A stretch of DNA of 63,992 nt, the filler included, from Octopus bimaculoides (Eukaryota): the NCBI RefSeq assembly GCF_001194135.2. It is 5 parts of 5 records of this genome, joined end to end, with 100 filler letters (N's around TTAATTAATTAA, not from the genome) between each part and the next. Parts side by side here need not be neighbours in the genome. Positions count along the whole stretch, not along the records: positions 1 to 30,861 come from NC_068983.1; 4 more parts are not named here. One strand, written 5' to 3'. The notes below the pieces were generated by a model. That model had not been told where the DNA came from. It saw nothing but the letters and a program-made list of their open reading frames with translations, and searched no databases. The translations under genes were made by a program, and so were the position numbers. Of the stretch, positions 1-12,395 are shown piece by piece; positions within the stretch are counted from its first letter, which is position 1, and every line of letters begins with the position of its first letter.

Positions 1-161
1 AGTTTACTGTTGTTGTTTATAGTGGGGCGATTGTCGTGATGGCTGTGTTGCTGTGGTAGTGATGGTGTCGGTGGGGGTCTGGAGGTGAATGCGCTGTTAA
101 TAATGCCAGAGCTTTTGTTAAGGTTGTGTGTGTCTTTGTTGTTAGCTGTTTGCAATTCAGA
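1..161 (-). CDS. Candidate internal coding exon of an unidentified host gene; runs off the window edge
   Basis: Minus strand has a pyrimidine-rich stretch ending TTTGCAG (162-168), then a stop-free phase-0 frame SELQTANNKDTHNLNKSSGIINSAFTSRPPPTPSLPQQHSHHDNRPTINNNSK to base 1. Non-repetitive with low-complexity protein-like composition. No family recognised. Confidence 0.4.
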
Positions 162-452
162 CTGCAAACGAGCCTCTCGCGCACAAATGAAGATGAAAGT
201 GAACGCACAAATGTATACACACTCTTATAATTATTGTGTTGCACAAATGCATAAACATAAACACGCACACTCACACACTCACATATACACATACACACAC
301 ACACACACACACACGCACGCACACACGCACACACTAACGCACACTAAGACATACATATATATATATATATATATTCATATTCATATATTCGTGTATACCT
401 GTGTGCATGATATGAGCATGTCAGTGTGTGCGCACGCGCGTGTATGTGCGTT

Positions 453-528
<76 letters not shown>

Positions 529-1262
529 AATCTATTTGAGAGAGTGTGGGAATTAAATGCGTCTTCTATCGCTGAATACATAGAACAGTCTTTCAGATCG
601 TTATAGTTAAGGCGTCCATTGAACGACGGCTATGTGAGTGCATAGTTAACTCTTTGTAAAAGAGGTGCATGCTCTTGTATTGTATGTGAGTATATTGTAG
701 ATTTGTGTACTTGCATATGAATGTGAGTGTGTACGTGTAGGCCTCACTACATATGTGTTCTATTTAATCTACATGCATTTGTCCATGTGCGTGTGTTCTT
801 CTATAAATCCATGTATACTTCTGAAAGTGTGCCTTCGTATAAGTGTTCGAATTTATGTTTAAACATGTCTGCGTGTTTGTGCGCGCATTGTTTTATCGTA
901 TATTCATACATATGAATGTTTGTATTTAAGCACGTGCGTATGTTTTAGCATCATTTGTGTATGGGTAATTCTTGTATTTAAGGGCAAATATGTTTACATA
1001 TTTGAATATGCTTGTATTTTAATACTTAAGTATCCATGTATTTATAATGTATTTTAACGTGTATAAGGAACCCATTTTTGTCAAAAATTAGGTAAAAAAT
1101 ATGGGAGTTTCTTATACATGGATATCATTATAATCCCTTACAAAACTTTTTTTCCAAATTTTAAGCCCCAAAAATTAGGGGTTTCCTTATACACGAGGGT
1201 TCATTATACATGTTAAAATACGGTTTATATGTATACATGTTCATATACACGTATGTAGGATG

Positions 1263-1296
<34 letters not shown>

Positions 1297-1906
1297 GAAA
1301 GAGATCCTTATATATGTGTATCTGTTATTTGTGTGTGTGTGTGTGTCATATGCGCACGCACAAACGCACACATTTATTTGTGATTTGCTTTATGTGAATT
1401 TGTGTAGCTACTTTCACATAAATGGGTGTGTGTGTGTGTGGAGAGTAATTAAAATACTGCGAGTGCTTGTGAGTGTATGTTTTTGTGTAGTTGTGTGACT
1501 GTATATGTGTATCATGTCATTACTCAGTACAAGCAAAAACAACCGATTTAATCTTTTCTAACGTAATATTTCTAGAATCATCATAGTAATGATCATTAGT
1601 AAGACTGATCAACGATAAAAGAACAAATATTTAGAAATCTCTCTCTCACTTCCTTCCTCTCTCTCCCCCTCTCCCCCCTCTCTCTCTCTTTCTCTTTCTG
1701 TATATATATAGAGAGAGAGACAGACAGAAAGACAGACAGAGAGTGAGTGAGAGATAGGGAGAGAGAGAGAGAGAGGTGGGAGGGCAGTGAGACATAGTAA
1801 CAAAGACAGACGTACACACTCATGCAGTGAGACAATCAGAGAAAGGCAGACAATAGACAGACAGGCAGACAGACAGTAGTCAGTCAGTCATGCAGGCAGA
1901 AGACAG

Positions 1907-1963
<57 letters not shown>

Positions 1964-2071
1964 TGTACTCCTTAAATAGCTTTTGAGTTACTATATTGTA
2001 TCTGTGTGTGTGTGTGTGTATCTGTGTGTGTATATGTCTGTGCGTATATGTGTGTATCTGTGTGCGTGTAT

Positions 2072-2109
<38 letters not shown>

Positions 2110-2602
2110 ATGCGTCCTTACTGGTTCTTCTAAAGTTCGCTTAGAAGCTTTATTATGTGAAATTTTCAATCGACTTAAACTTCCAAACTATTATTTTGAA
2201 GCTGTACCTATTAGTTTGAATCTAACGTTGAACTCCCCAGCAATATTAATCTGCCTTATTTTCTGTGTCTCATATCAATGTGTTCTATCTTAGCTGTTTC
2301 ACCCCGACGTACGTATTTGTATTGGATTTCCTGGTTTAATTCTCTCATTTCAATGTTCTCAGTTTTAGATAATCTGCCTATTCTTATAGTAGCTTTGGCA
2401 CATTTGTCCAGCCCCATCATCATTGTTGATAGTTATTATTAGCATTATTACCTTCTTTAGTATCCCATTATTTGCTTAATAATATGGAAGTCATTTGTCA
2501 CACGCCAGTGGTAGTGATCAATGAACAGTTCATAGGAGTGTGACGAAAGACTTAGATACCCATAACTAAATAATGAGGAACTATTGAAGTGAGTAACGGT
2601 AT

Positions 2603-2634
<32 letters not shown>

Positions 2635-3329
2635 TCATCATCATCATTTTGTTCAATTAACACGATCGATTTAAATTACTCGCAATCTGTTTCGATTCGA
2701 ACATCCATATAGGTTGAAATTGAGACAAGGTAACGAGCAGGCTGGCCATTCTCGACCAAAAATTGGCTGAGAAAAAGCTGTAGAGCCGATGTGATGTATG
2801 CCTACATCACCTCCCTCATAATTCCCCACCTGGCATTATGCCTTACCCTAGTCCCCGTATGACCTGATTGGAGGGTTTATTTGTAAGCTTCATGCGGAAG
2901 GGGTGTGTCCCATCCGTCAGGTGGCCTAGAAGCTTGGTATGCAACGGCATACCAAATCCTCTAAAATATCTGATGCGCAGATATACGGTGTAGCCACACC
3001 ATCTGTAGAGATTCCTGGGTGTTGAAATTGGTGTCGCCTCCGTTTTCATGGTACGTCTTTCCGCAGTTATTTTCTTGGAAAGAGATGCAGACCTGATTAA
3101 AGAAAAGATTGAGTGCCTGGCATTTTGAATTTCGCAAGGTGCTCACAATCCTTAACCAGTCGGACTTACGGTCGGAAGAAATTCCACTCTAGCAATATAT
3201 AGAGGATAAGTAGTAGTAGGAAAGAGCAATGATTGATGAATACCACTACTTCGCTGTTCCTGTTTACGTCATCCGAAGCGATACATGCATGCATACAGTT
3301 GTTGACAATATTTCTATCTGAGATACAAA

Positions 3330-3620
3330 ACATCTAGAGCACGACAAGAAAGGCAAACAGATGTGTTGTTCAACTCCCTCATTCCCCAAAACCAGACGTC
3401 TGGAGATTTTCCTCGGAACGTTCTGCTATTTAGTGATAATGCACGATTGGAAAGCCATCTTGGATGCACGTTTAGCTTGTGTGAGACCAATTGATTGTAG
3501 AGGGCGTGCAAAAGCCTTACAAACATGCACAGATATTGCCAACTGTCAGATAAGCACCGATTTAAATTCCAGCGTGAGTCAGTGCGGACATGGGCAAACA
3601 ACATCAGTTTATTCTGACAA
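3330..3620 (-). mobile_element. Possible highly decayed CR1/L2-type LINE C-terminal remnant
   Basis: One minus frame with stops reads VCKAFARPLQ...QNVPRKISRRL, loosely like the CR1 motif YKxxxRPxLEY...ERVQRxFTRxI. Weak. Confidence 0.3.
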
Positions 3621-3789
3621 TGTGCAGACAGAATATTCTGTGGACCAGCAGAGAGTAATGGCTTAGAATGTTCATAATCCAAACCACAAATTTGTGATTT
3701 GTATAATCGACTTAGGTATGTTGAACGCATCTTTTGCGGCGCACCAAGCTTATAAAGATCGAATTGGAAAACTAGGAGACGATGAGAAG

Positions 3790-4352
3790 GGAAATTAGAT
3801 CAGAATCGATAACACCTAGTAAGGAAGTAGGAGTTGAGAATTCTAGAGTAGAGGGAGAGCTAGTTAGAAACCTAGTAGAGGCCTAATTAAAAGGTACTGT
3901 GTTGATGGTGAGATTGGCTGTAGACAAATCTTCAATGCGAAGTACGAAGGCTGCGTTTCCAAAGCTAGGAAGCGTACCCTAAGACATGAGAAAACGAAAG
4001 CTTTTCGACGAGCGCAGCGTGCAAAACATTACAATTCGGTCTTTGTCGGATCGAGAGGGACCCGAGCTACACCATTCCAGGCAGATGAGTGCGGCTTTTC
4101 AGCGTCACTTTGCACAACTGTTTGCAGAGTTTGACGGATCAGAAGTGTGGGCGAACTTTAATTGCTTTCCGCAACGACCTGCTGCAGTTCTATGCTAAGG
4201 ATGCGGAGTGCTGCAAAAGGCCGATAATAGATGACAAAATACGGAAAGCGTTGGCTGGTTTCACGAAGCAGAAGTGGCCGGGACTGGATGAGCTTTATCT
4301 TCATATACCAGACTTACTCGAGGGACTGTGGGCAGATGTCTACTGCAATTGA
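3790..4352 (+). mobile_element. Decayed L1/Tx1-type LINE ORF2 fragment (linker before RT)
   Basis: Frameshifted translation contains IRKALAGFTKQKWPGLDELY..IPDLL..LWADVYCN, matching the K-x-PG-x-DG-x-x-x-E-x-Y pre-RT motif. GC content is higher than the flanks. Confidence 0.6.
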
Positions 4353-4354
4353 CA

Positions 4355-4735
4355 CTTAAGAAACTTAATATACTACATTTCATACACCAATCTACATCGG
4401 AACGAACTTAACTCTCAAGTAAAAGTATTACTTGAGAGTTAACGCTATCAAAGTGTACCTACTTCAACTACATTCCAATTAGTTATAACTGTATTGGGAT
4501 AAGAAACATTGTTAAACAATGCTTAACAATTCCAAACAAAAGTAAGGGTGACAACTCAGAATCGATTTGCAGTTTGAGTTCATTTTCTTGATAAAGCTAC
4601 CGAAGATAGGCCAAGATCTTGCCCATGGAAAGAAACTGAAGTTATTATTGATCGTCATGAATCCCGCAGATGTGTTAAAGAATAAACAGACTTGCTTTTG
4701 GATAAATATGAGTGTTTCTTGCACTGCAGAACCGA
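4355..4735 (+). mobile_element. Decayed Penelope-like GIY-YIG endonuclease remnant
   Basis: NLIYYI...IYIGT bipartite motif, then LDKATEDRPRSCP similar to PLE endonuclease C-termini. Multiple stops and frameshifts. Confidence 0.45.
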
Positions 4736-5084
4736 AGTGAATTTCTGAGCACTTAATTATATCTTTAGCTTTGGTGCAATTTCAATTTATTTACCTCAAT
4801 AAATAAAATAAAAGTAATAAAACAGTTGTGAAAGCCACACCTCAACTCTCTTTCTCTCTCTCTCACTCTCTAAATATCTTGTGCTATTTATTCTAGCTTT
4901 TGCGCCCCAAATTTTATATTCCACTGAGATCAACTTAACATTTCGTCCTATCGAGTTCGATGTAATCATATACCAGTCCATTCCGGGAAATTGGTGAAAT
5001 TATTTGAGCATCGGACGTGATTGATTGTGGTGTTTGTTGCGGATCTGTATATTCTGAGTATTAGGGGAATCCATCCAACTGCGT

Positions 5085-5326
5085 AGCACCTTTAGCAATT
5101 GTTGTCTACAACAGCCCATAGCCGACCGGACTTTGTCAGTGGATTTGGTAGACGAAAACTGAAACAAAGAAGCCCGTTGTATATATAAGAAGCTTGCTTC
5201 CCAGCCATATGGTTCCGGGTTCAGTCCCACTGCGTGACACCTTGGGCAAGTGTATTCTACTATAGCCTCAGGCCGACCAAAGCTTTGTGAGTGGATTTGG
5301 TAGCCGGAAATTAAAAGAAGCTCGTC

Positions 5327-5332
<6 letters not shown>
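5085..5332 (+). mobile_element. SINE family A, two partial head copies in tandem
   Basis: B-box GGTTCAGTCCC and the segment GTGGATTTGGTAGxCG.AAxT..AAGAAGC shared with the full copy at 19408-19795. Confidence 0.85.
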
Positions 5333-5378
<46 letters not shown>

Positions 5379-5379
<1 letters not shown>

Positions 5380-6338
5380 GCAAAAGTGTACGTGCACCGC
5401 TATATGTATAAATAAATATAAAAAATGGAGCAAAAACGCAATAGAGGATAATAAAACATCCGGACAGATAGGCGATACAAAAGCAGACAGGAAAACAACA
5501 GAGGGACAGTAAAAAATAGACGGGTCATTCGTGGCCTCCTTTTGTTAGGCAAGTTACCAGATGTCCTTACAGTTTTGGGCAGTTATCTTGAGACTGCTCA
5601 ATTTAGTTGCCTCCAAATACGTCTAAGCTAAGAGCATTAGATTATTTTGTAGGAAAGCAAGCGAATGTGTACGAAAACACAGACAAATAACGGAGAACAT
5701 GTTACACTATTACAAATACAATCAACAAGAATATAACAACAGATGTCTTTTGACTGAGGACGAATCAAATTGAGCTGGCATGTATGAAGTGAAAGCCTTA
5801 AGGTAGGAACGTTGGAGATGGACATAAGGGATGTTGGTGGTCGGCAGTCAGACCAAGAAAGAAAGATCATGGCTGGCCGAACACTGGTCACATGGAAGGA
5901 GGAGAGAGGGTAGGGCAGCGGGATTGAAGTATTAGTGGAAGAATGGGAAAGAGACAAAAGATCAATGAGACAAAAGGAAAGGTACAGCGGAGATAAACGA
6001 GGAGGAAAAGTAGGAGTTAAAGAAATGTGAGAGAGGGGGAAATGTAGGAGTTAAAGAAATGTGAGAGAGGGGGAGCGAGAAAACGAAAAGTGGAAGAAAG
6101 TAAGAGGGGGACTAAAAGTCAGAGTAAAAGGATCGTACAAACTATAGATACACATTTACTTATAAGGTAAGCAAAAGTGTAAGTACGCCGCTATATGTGT
6201 ATATAAATACGAAAAGTGGAACAAAAACACAATACAGGACAATAAAACATCCGGACAGATAGACGATAGAAAGGCGGACAGGTAAAACAACAATTAGAGG
6301 GACAGGAAAAAGAGGACAGGTCATTCATGGTCTGCTTT

Positions 6339-6342
<4 letters not shown>
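5379..6342 (-). mobile_element. Non-autonomous element with about 170-bp direct terminal repeats (PLE pseudo-LTR-like)
   Basis: 5379-5546 and 6170-6342 are diverged direct repeats (AGCAAAAGTGTA...ATAAAACATCCGGACAGATAG...GGTCATTC). There is an internal exact 31-bp duplication (6010-6040, 6044-6074). PLE assignment and strand are inference. Confidence 0.55.
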
Positions 6343-6419
<77 letters not shown>

Positions 6420-6420
<1 letters not shown>

Positions 6421-6625
6421 CGTGCTTGTGTGTCTGTGTTTGTCCCACCACCATCGCTTGAAAACCGATGTTGGTGTGTTTACGTCTCCGTGACTTAGCG
6501 GTTCGGCATAACTGAAAGATAGAATATGTACTAGGCTTACAAAGAATAAGTCCTAGGTCGATTTCTTCGATTAAAGGCAGTGCTTCAGCGTGGTCACAGT
6601 CGAATGACTGAAACAAGTAAAAGAA
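6420..6625 (+). mobile_element. SINE family A 3' module
   Basis: Matches 19590-19795 (CCATCGCTTG...GATAGAATAxGTACTAGGCTTACAAAGAATAAGTCC...ATGACTGAAACAAGTAAAAGA). Confidence 0.85.
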
Positions 6626-6695
6626 TATATATACGTATGTATGTGTGGATGTATGTATGGATGGATGGATGGATGGGTGGATGGATGGATGGATG

Positions 6696-6737
<42 letters not shown>

Positions 6738-6799
6738 AAAACATGTTTCTAGACATACACACACACACATACACATGCATGCATACATACATACATACA

Positions 6800-6831
<32 letters not shown>

Positions 6832-7181
6832 AAATAATGAAGGCGGCTATAAGCAAAATAAAACGAAAAAGAAAAAAAATGAGTTGTCACTAACTGTGCC
6901 TGACGGTGCAGGGTAGCACCTACATTGCTAGAAATAAGAAGTAAAATATCCTCTTAACCGCAAAGAAACACGTCTATGCACTGACAGGGGAGCTAACCAC
7001 CCCACAGCGAGCGAGATCACCATACTAGAATTCTAGTTTCGCTTGAAATTAAAGCTCTTCAGAGATGATTATTCCATCGCTGAGTCGCTTGACCAAATCC
7101 CGACTGTCAGTATATAGCATTTACCATATGAATCAATGGTCGATTTAGCAAAATGGTAATGTGAAAATAACAAAATAGCTC

Positions 7182-7384
7182 TTTCTAATATAGGCACAAT
7201 GCCAGAAATTTTGGGAGAAGGGACTAGTCGATTATATCGCCCCCAGTGTTTCACTGGTACTTAATTTATCGACCCCGAAAGGATGAAAAGCAAAGTTGAC
7301 CTCGGCAGAATTTGAACTCAGAACGTGAGGACGGACGAAATACTGCTAAGCATTTCGCCCGGTGTGCTAACGATTATGCCAGCT
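7182..7384 (-). mobile_element. SINE family B (tRNA-derived), near full length
   Basis: Reverse complement has an A-box-like TGGCATAATCG, B-box GAGTTCAAATTC and central TTTCATCCTTTCGGGGTCGATAAATTAAGTACCAG. About 11 related copies occur in the window. Confidence 0.85.
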
Positions 7385-7989
7385 GAAAATGATAAAATAA
7401 CGAAGGCGGCTATAAGCAATTTAAAACCGAAGAGGAAGAATTCAATTGTCTCTAATTGTGACTGACGGTGCCGGATAGCACCTACATTACTAGAAATAAG
7501 AAGTAAAATACTCTCTTAGCTGCATATACGATCGTGAATATTAAATATTGATTGTGTATATGAGTGAATGTGGGTTTGTGTGCATGTGCATACCTGGGGG
7601 CGGGGCTGGTGCGTGTGTGTTTGTATGATTTTCAATGAATGTATACGCATTGTTGGTAGAAAGTCGATAGACATATACTTCAGCAATGCTTATGTAATGG
7701 CTGGCTTCACAGCAGCGTCACACGTCGGTGGATTCCTCTTTACCCCTCAACTACTGTCTAAATTAGGATTAAAATGAAAATAAAACATTCAACAGTAAAT
7801 AAATGTAGATGGGTTAGCAACAAAAGCAGTAAACATATGAAAAGCAGGTGTGTGAAAAAGAATTAGAAAATTAGAAAAAAATCATTGAAGTGATACGATG
7901 ATTAACAAAACGTGAAAAAGACTACTACTACAACAACGATTATTATTATCAATAATATTAACAATAATAACAATAATAAAATAATAATG

Positions 7990-8052
<63 letters not shown>

Positions 8053-8058
<6 letters not shown>

Positions 8059-8153
8059 TGCTTTCTAATTGATGTATCAATACCAGCAGATGACAACGTT
8101 TCTCTAAAAGAAATGGAAAAACTTTCAAAATACAAAGACCTGGAAATAGAGAT
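8053..8153 (+). mobile_element. R4/Dong-type RLE LINE fragment
   Basis: CFLIDVSIPADDNVSLKEMEKLSKYKDL matches the D-x(n)-P...KExEK..KY end of the restriction-like endonuclease. It follows an (AAT)n tract and is cut by a gap. Confidence 0.85.
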
Positions 8154-8940
8154 NNNNNNNNNNNNNNNNNNNNNNNNNNNNNNNNNNNNNNNNNNNNNNN
8201 NNNNNNNNNNNNNNNNNNNNNNNNNNNNNNNNNNNNNNNNNNNNNNNNNNNNNNNNNNNNNNNNNNNNNNNNNNNNNNNNNNNNNNNNNNNNNNNNNNNN
8301 NNNNNNNNNNNNNNNNNNNNNNNNNNNNNNNNNNNNNNNNNNNNNNNNNNNNNNNNNNNNNNNNNNNNNNNNNNNNNNNNNNNNNNNNNNNNNNNNNNNN
8401 NNNNNNNNNNNNNNNNNNNNNNNNNNNNNNNNNNNNNNNNNNNNNNNNNNNNNNNNNNNNNNNNNNNNNNNNNNNNNNNNNNNNNNNNNNNNNNNNNNNN
8501 NNNNNNNNNNNNNNNNNNNNNNNNNNNNNNNNNNNNNNNNNNNNNNNNNNNNNNNNNNNNNNNNNNNNNNNNNNNNNNNNNNNNNNNNNNNNNNNNNNNN
8601 NNNNNNNNNNNNNNNNNNNNNNNNNNNNNNNNNNNNNNNNNNNNNNNNNNNNNNNNNNNNNNNNNNNNNNNNNNNNNNNNNNNNNNNNNNNNNNNNNNNN
8701 NNNNNNNNNNNNNNNNNNNNNNNNNNNNNNNNNNNNNNNNNNNNNNNNNNNNNNNNNNNNNNNNNNNNNNNNNNNNNNNNNNNNNNNNNNNNNNNNNNNN
8801 NNNNNNNNNNNNNNNNNNNNNNNNNNNNNNNNNNNNNNNNNNNNNNNNNNNNNNNNNNNNNNNNNNNNNNNNNNNNNNNNNNNNNNNNNNNNNNNNNNNN
8901 NNNNNNNNNNNACTGCAGGTAGCAATCCCGCTACACTTAC

Positions 8941-9190
8941 AAGACTCCAGGAATTATTGAGATAAAAACCCTGAGATAAAAAGAAAAAAAAATGATAATA
9001 ATAATCATTTCTAAAGAAATCCGAATAGAGTGCCTAGTAGAACTGTTACAAAAGGTTTGTCTCCTTGGCACGGCCAGAATAATCAGGAAAGTATTAGATA
9101 ATTGAAAATAACAAATAGTATGGTACTGTAGGCTGCAGGCAACAAGCCCGCGAAGCATGCAAGACCCCAGGAGTTCCAACAAAAAATATG
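8941..9190 (+). mobile_element. RLE LINE 3' end
   Basis: LVELLQKVCLLGTARIIRKVLDN-stop, the typical LQKxxLLGTAxIxRKxL terminus, followed by a 3' UTR and (AAT)n. Confidence 0.85.
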
Positions 9191-9199
9191 ATAAAAAGA

Positions 9200-9246
<47 letters not shown>

Positions 9247-9248
<2 letters not shown>

Positions 9249-9411
9249 TATAACATACAGAAAATTGCACTACTGGGTACTGCACACATCCTACGCAAAA
9301 CACTTTCAATACAGTAACCATAAGAGCATCACAGTAAACCACAGCACATACCCAAGGCGCACAGAGCTGCGCTCGGTAGTGAAGTGAAAGCACGTTATAG
9401 AAATAAAACTA

Positions 9412-9483
<72 letters not shown>
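9247..9483 (+). mobile_element. RLE LINE 3' end of a second subfamily, with (AAT)n tail
   Basis: IYNIQKIALLGTAHILRKTLSIQ-stop, then a 3' UTR and a long (AAT)n tail. It is inserted into the tail of the previous copy. Confidence 0.85.
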
Positions 9484-9484
<1 letters not shown>

Positions 9485-10298
9485 TTGTAAGGAAGTAAGC
9501 ACCTGCCAATACGTACAAATTTTACAACTACAAAAAACTGTAAACCACAGCAAAACTTTAAAAAAGAATAGAAAAATTTCAAAAAGAAAAAGAAAAAAGA
9601 AATTCAGAAATTCAAAAATCCAACAAGGTGAACATCTCTTCCTCCTACTATTTCCAAAGACTGAAATATCTACAATTTCTTGTGAATATTTTAAATCTCC
9701 CTCAAAATAAAATAAGTTAGGAAACTTACATACCTACAGCTTTCGAGCACACACACGATCAGCTTTAAAAGAAACAAAAAAAAACCTTTAATATTTACAA
9801 CTACTGTATGAATATTTATCCTTTCCTCTCTTCGTGAATATTCGAAAATGTAAACATCATCCTCCATTTTATTCTAAGAACATTACCATTTCTCTCTGTG
9901 CGATCATACAAAAGACCATATTTAGTAAATCTTAAAAATATACTATCTATAACTTGTTTTCTTTTCTTTTTGACTTTCATTGAGTAAGGGAAAATGTAAA
10001 CATCCTTTTCATTGCAAAAGTCCTACTGTATTCTCCAACTGGATAGACAAGCATCTCAAGAAAACTTTAAAACTTTAATATATTACCCAAATGCGTAAAG
10101 ACACCTTTTATTGCAACAACACAATTGAATTCAGAAATTCAAAAATTCAACGAAGGTAAATATCAGTATGTACTAAGCATTGTTAAACTCGCCCAAGAGA
10201 AATCCACTACATGTGAAATAGGGGTGTATTTGTATTTACAGATAATTATTTAATCAGTGAAATATATCACTGCGCCGAGGTGAAAGTTATACACGGTT

Positions 10299-10339
10299 GC
10301 GTGGCTAATGAGATGCAATAAGTCGAAACAGTTCCCTGC
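10299..10339 (+). ncRNA. Degenerate minimal hammerhead-like motif (G5A)
   Basis: GCGTGG-CTAATGA-GAT(gcaataa)GTC-GAAAC-A-GT-T-CCCTGC. Stem I has 5/6 pairs including one G-U. The core has A at G5. Confidence 0.4.
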
Positions 10340-10817
10340 CTTGTCGTTTGCTTTAGAAATGAAATAGAAAAGTTGCATAGAAACTACTCAATAGTTTCCT
10401 TACAATAAACCTGACACTTTTATATAACAAAAACGTCAATAATGTTTTATTGATTGACAAAGCAGTATCAAGTCACTCAAATGTCTTCCAGACGTAACCT
10501 GAGGAGCACTGAAATGACACCATTTCATCTAATGAATTCTTTCGTCTTTGTAATTTGTATCATTGGATATACAATTGCTTATGTAAATAAATAAACAGAT
10601 AAATAAATAAATAAATAAAACAAAGGTACAGTACAGACATAGAAAAGTTTTTGAAATTAGCAATAATAGGGTCCGTAATTGCCACAAGATCGTCCTTCCA
10701 TATCATTTGTTGGTCTTGAACCTTTGTATGGATATCTATCAGGATGTACCTCATTATAGATGACATAATAGAAAAAATTTGATGCAATATTAAAAACAAT
10801 TAAAAAAATAGTTTGTA

Positions 10818-10839
10818 TTACTATTATTATTATTTATTA

Positions 10840-10909
<70 letters not shown>

Positions 10910-10948
10910 CATTATTGTCATTATTATCATTATTATCATTATTATTAT

Positions 10949-11008
<60 letters not shown>

Positions 11009-11190
11009 TGGTGGTATTTTCATCATTATTGAGAAAATGCAAGATAATAATAATAATAATAATAATATCATCATTATTATCAACATCATAATCATCATCA
11101 TTATTATTGTTGTTGTTGTTGCTATTATCATCACCAATGTCATCGTCATCATCGTCATCATCATCATTATCAGCATCACAATTGTTCTTG
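10818..11190. repeat. Compound trinucleotide microsatellite (ATT, AGT, AAT, ATC, TTG)
   Basis: Directly visible; it generates the poly-L/I/N/T ORFs in the track. Confidence 0.95.
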
Positions 11191-12284
11191 AATTTATTAG
11201 TTATTACTAACATAAGAATATGAGAAATTCTTACATCAACGCACTTTCCAAATATGCATATATATATATATATATAAACTTAGATGCAATCGATTTTCTG
11301 TTTGTCCATACAAGAGAAAATCATAGCCATTGTCAGCATCATCATTCACATCATCCACGTCATTATCATTATCAATGACAACATTTGTCATCGCTTTTAA
11401 AGTCTTTCACAAAACAATTGCTCGATTTCATCCGTCAGTTTCTCTCGTTCACTCCTCACTAACTTCTCTCTTATCGTTTTATCGCTCCACCCATCTACGC
11501 ACACTTCTTTCTGCTAAACTTTACGACATTTAGGGAGCATTTTTCTTTCGTTTGTTAATTCAAACTCACGTACGTGTGTACAGTACTCTGTTACACAGAT
11601 TCCAGTCAGAGTCAGCATCTAAGAAACCATGCAATGTAGTAACGTTGAGGACGAATTTTTGCTTGAAATTCTTCACAAATTTCAGTCGGTTTCCGTACAA
11701 GCCTTAGCTCACAATTGTCTTGACATGTTCTTATTGGTGAGAAATAATTGCCGGCCTCCTATAGACTGTCTCTAGAAACATGCAAAACTGAGCAGAGTTT
11801 AAAAGATTTCTTTCTGGTTATATACATCTACACTTTCATAGGATAGCGGTTGAATACTAGCAATCAGCAGAGAATGTACATACATACATACATACATACA
11901 TACATACATACATACATACATACATACATGCAAACATACATACATATACAAAGTACATATGAGCATGTCTAGACATGCAACTATATGCATGAGAATACAT
12001 ACATAAGATAAAGCATACGAATTTGCACATATACATACATACATACATACATACATACATACATACATACATACATACATACATACATACCCTGTTGTTG
12101 ATGTTGAAATTCCAATGAAGGAGCCTTGGATCTAGGTTCGAAACGGTTTTTTCTTTATTGACAAGAAATCTTGAAATAAAATTAAACAATTATGTACATG
12201 CATACATACATATGTTATTTATATGTCTGGGAGATGCATGGTTTTCTTAAGCAGTGTACAGCAGTTCACATAATCCCAGCGTAC

Positions 12285-12395
12285 CTCACGCAAAAAGATT
12301 ATCAACCGACTGACGGTACTGCCCAATTTCCATCCAGCTGTCACATCTTCAATGTTCCGCTGGGTCAAGAGTAGAAGAGCCGAGAAAGTGTCTAT
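12285..12395 (-). CDS. Candidate 111-nt phase 0-0 exon, unidentified
   Basis: Acceptor GCATTCAG, donor GAG|GTACGC, open frame IDTFSALLLLTQRNIEDVTAGWKLGSTVSRLIIFLRE. The other two frames contain stops. No homology recognised. Confidence 0.3.

Noticed and set aside
85-606. 173-aa plus-strand ORF and the many similar HT/CV/YI/poly-I/L/N ORFs across the track
   Set aside because: These are translations of CA, TA, AAT and TACA microsatellites, or read-through of N gaps.
2700-3170. GC-richer block with 61-68 aa ORFs
   Set aside because: Probably an old TE fragment, but no motif could be assigned.
7685-7777. Hydrophobic peptide AYVMAGFTAASHVGGFLFTPQLLSKLGLK, faintly like a transporter helix
   Set aside because: It ends in a stop with no donor site and the similarity is only impressionistic.
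10497-10520. Other CTGANGA...GAAA-like strings (10497, 5753, 9738-9762 minus, 44858)
   Set aside because: The stems do not pair and such matches are expected by chance.
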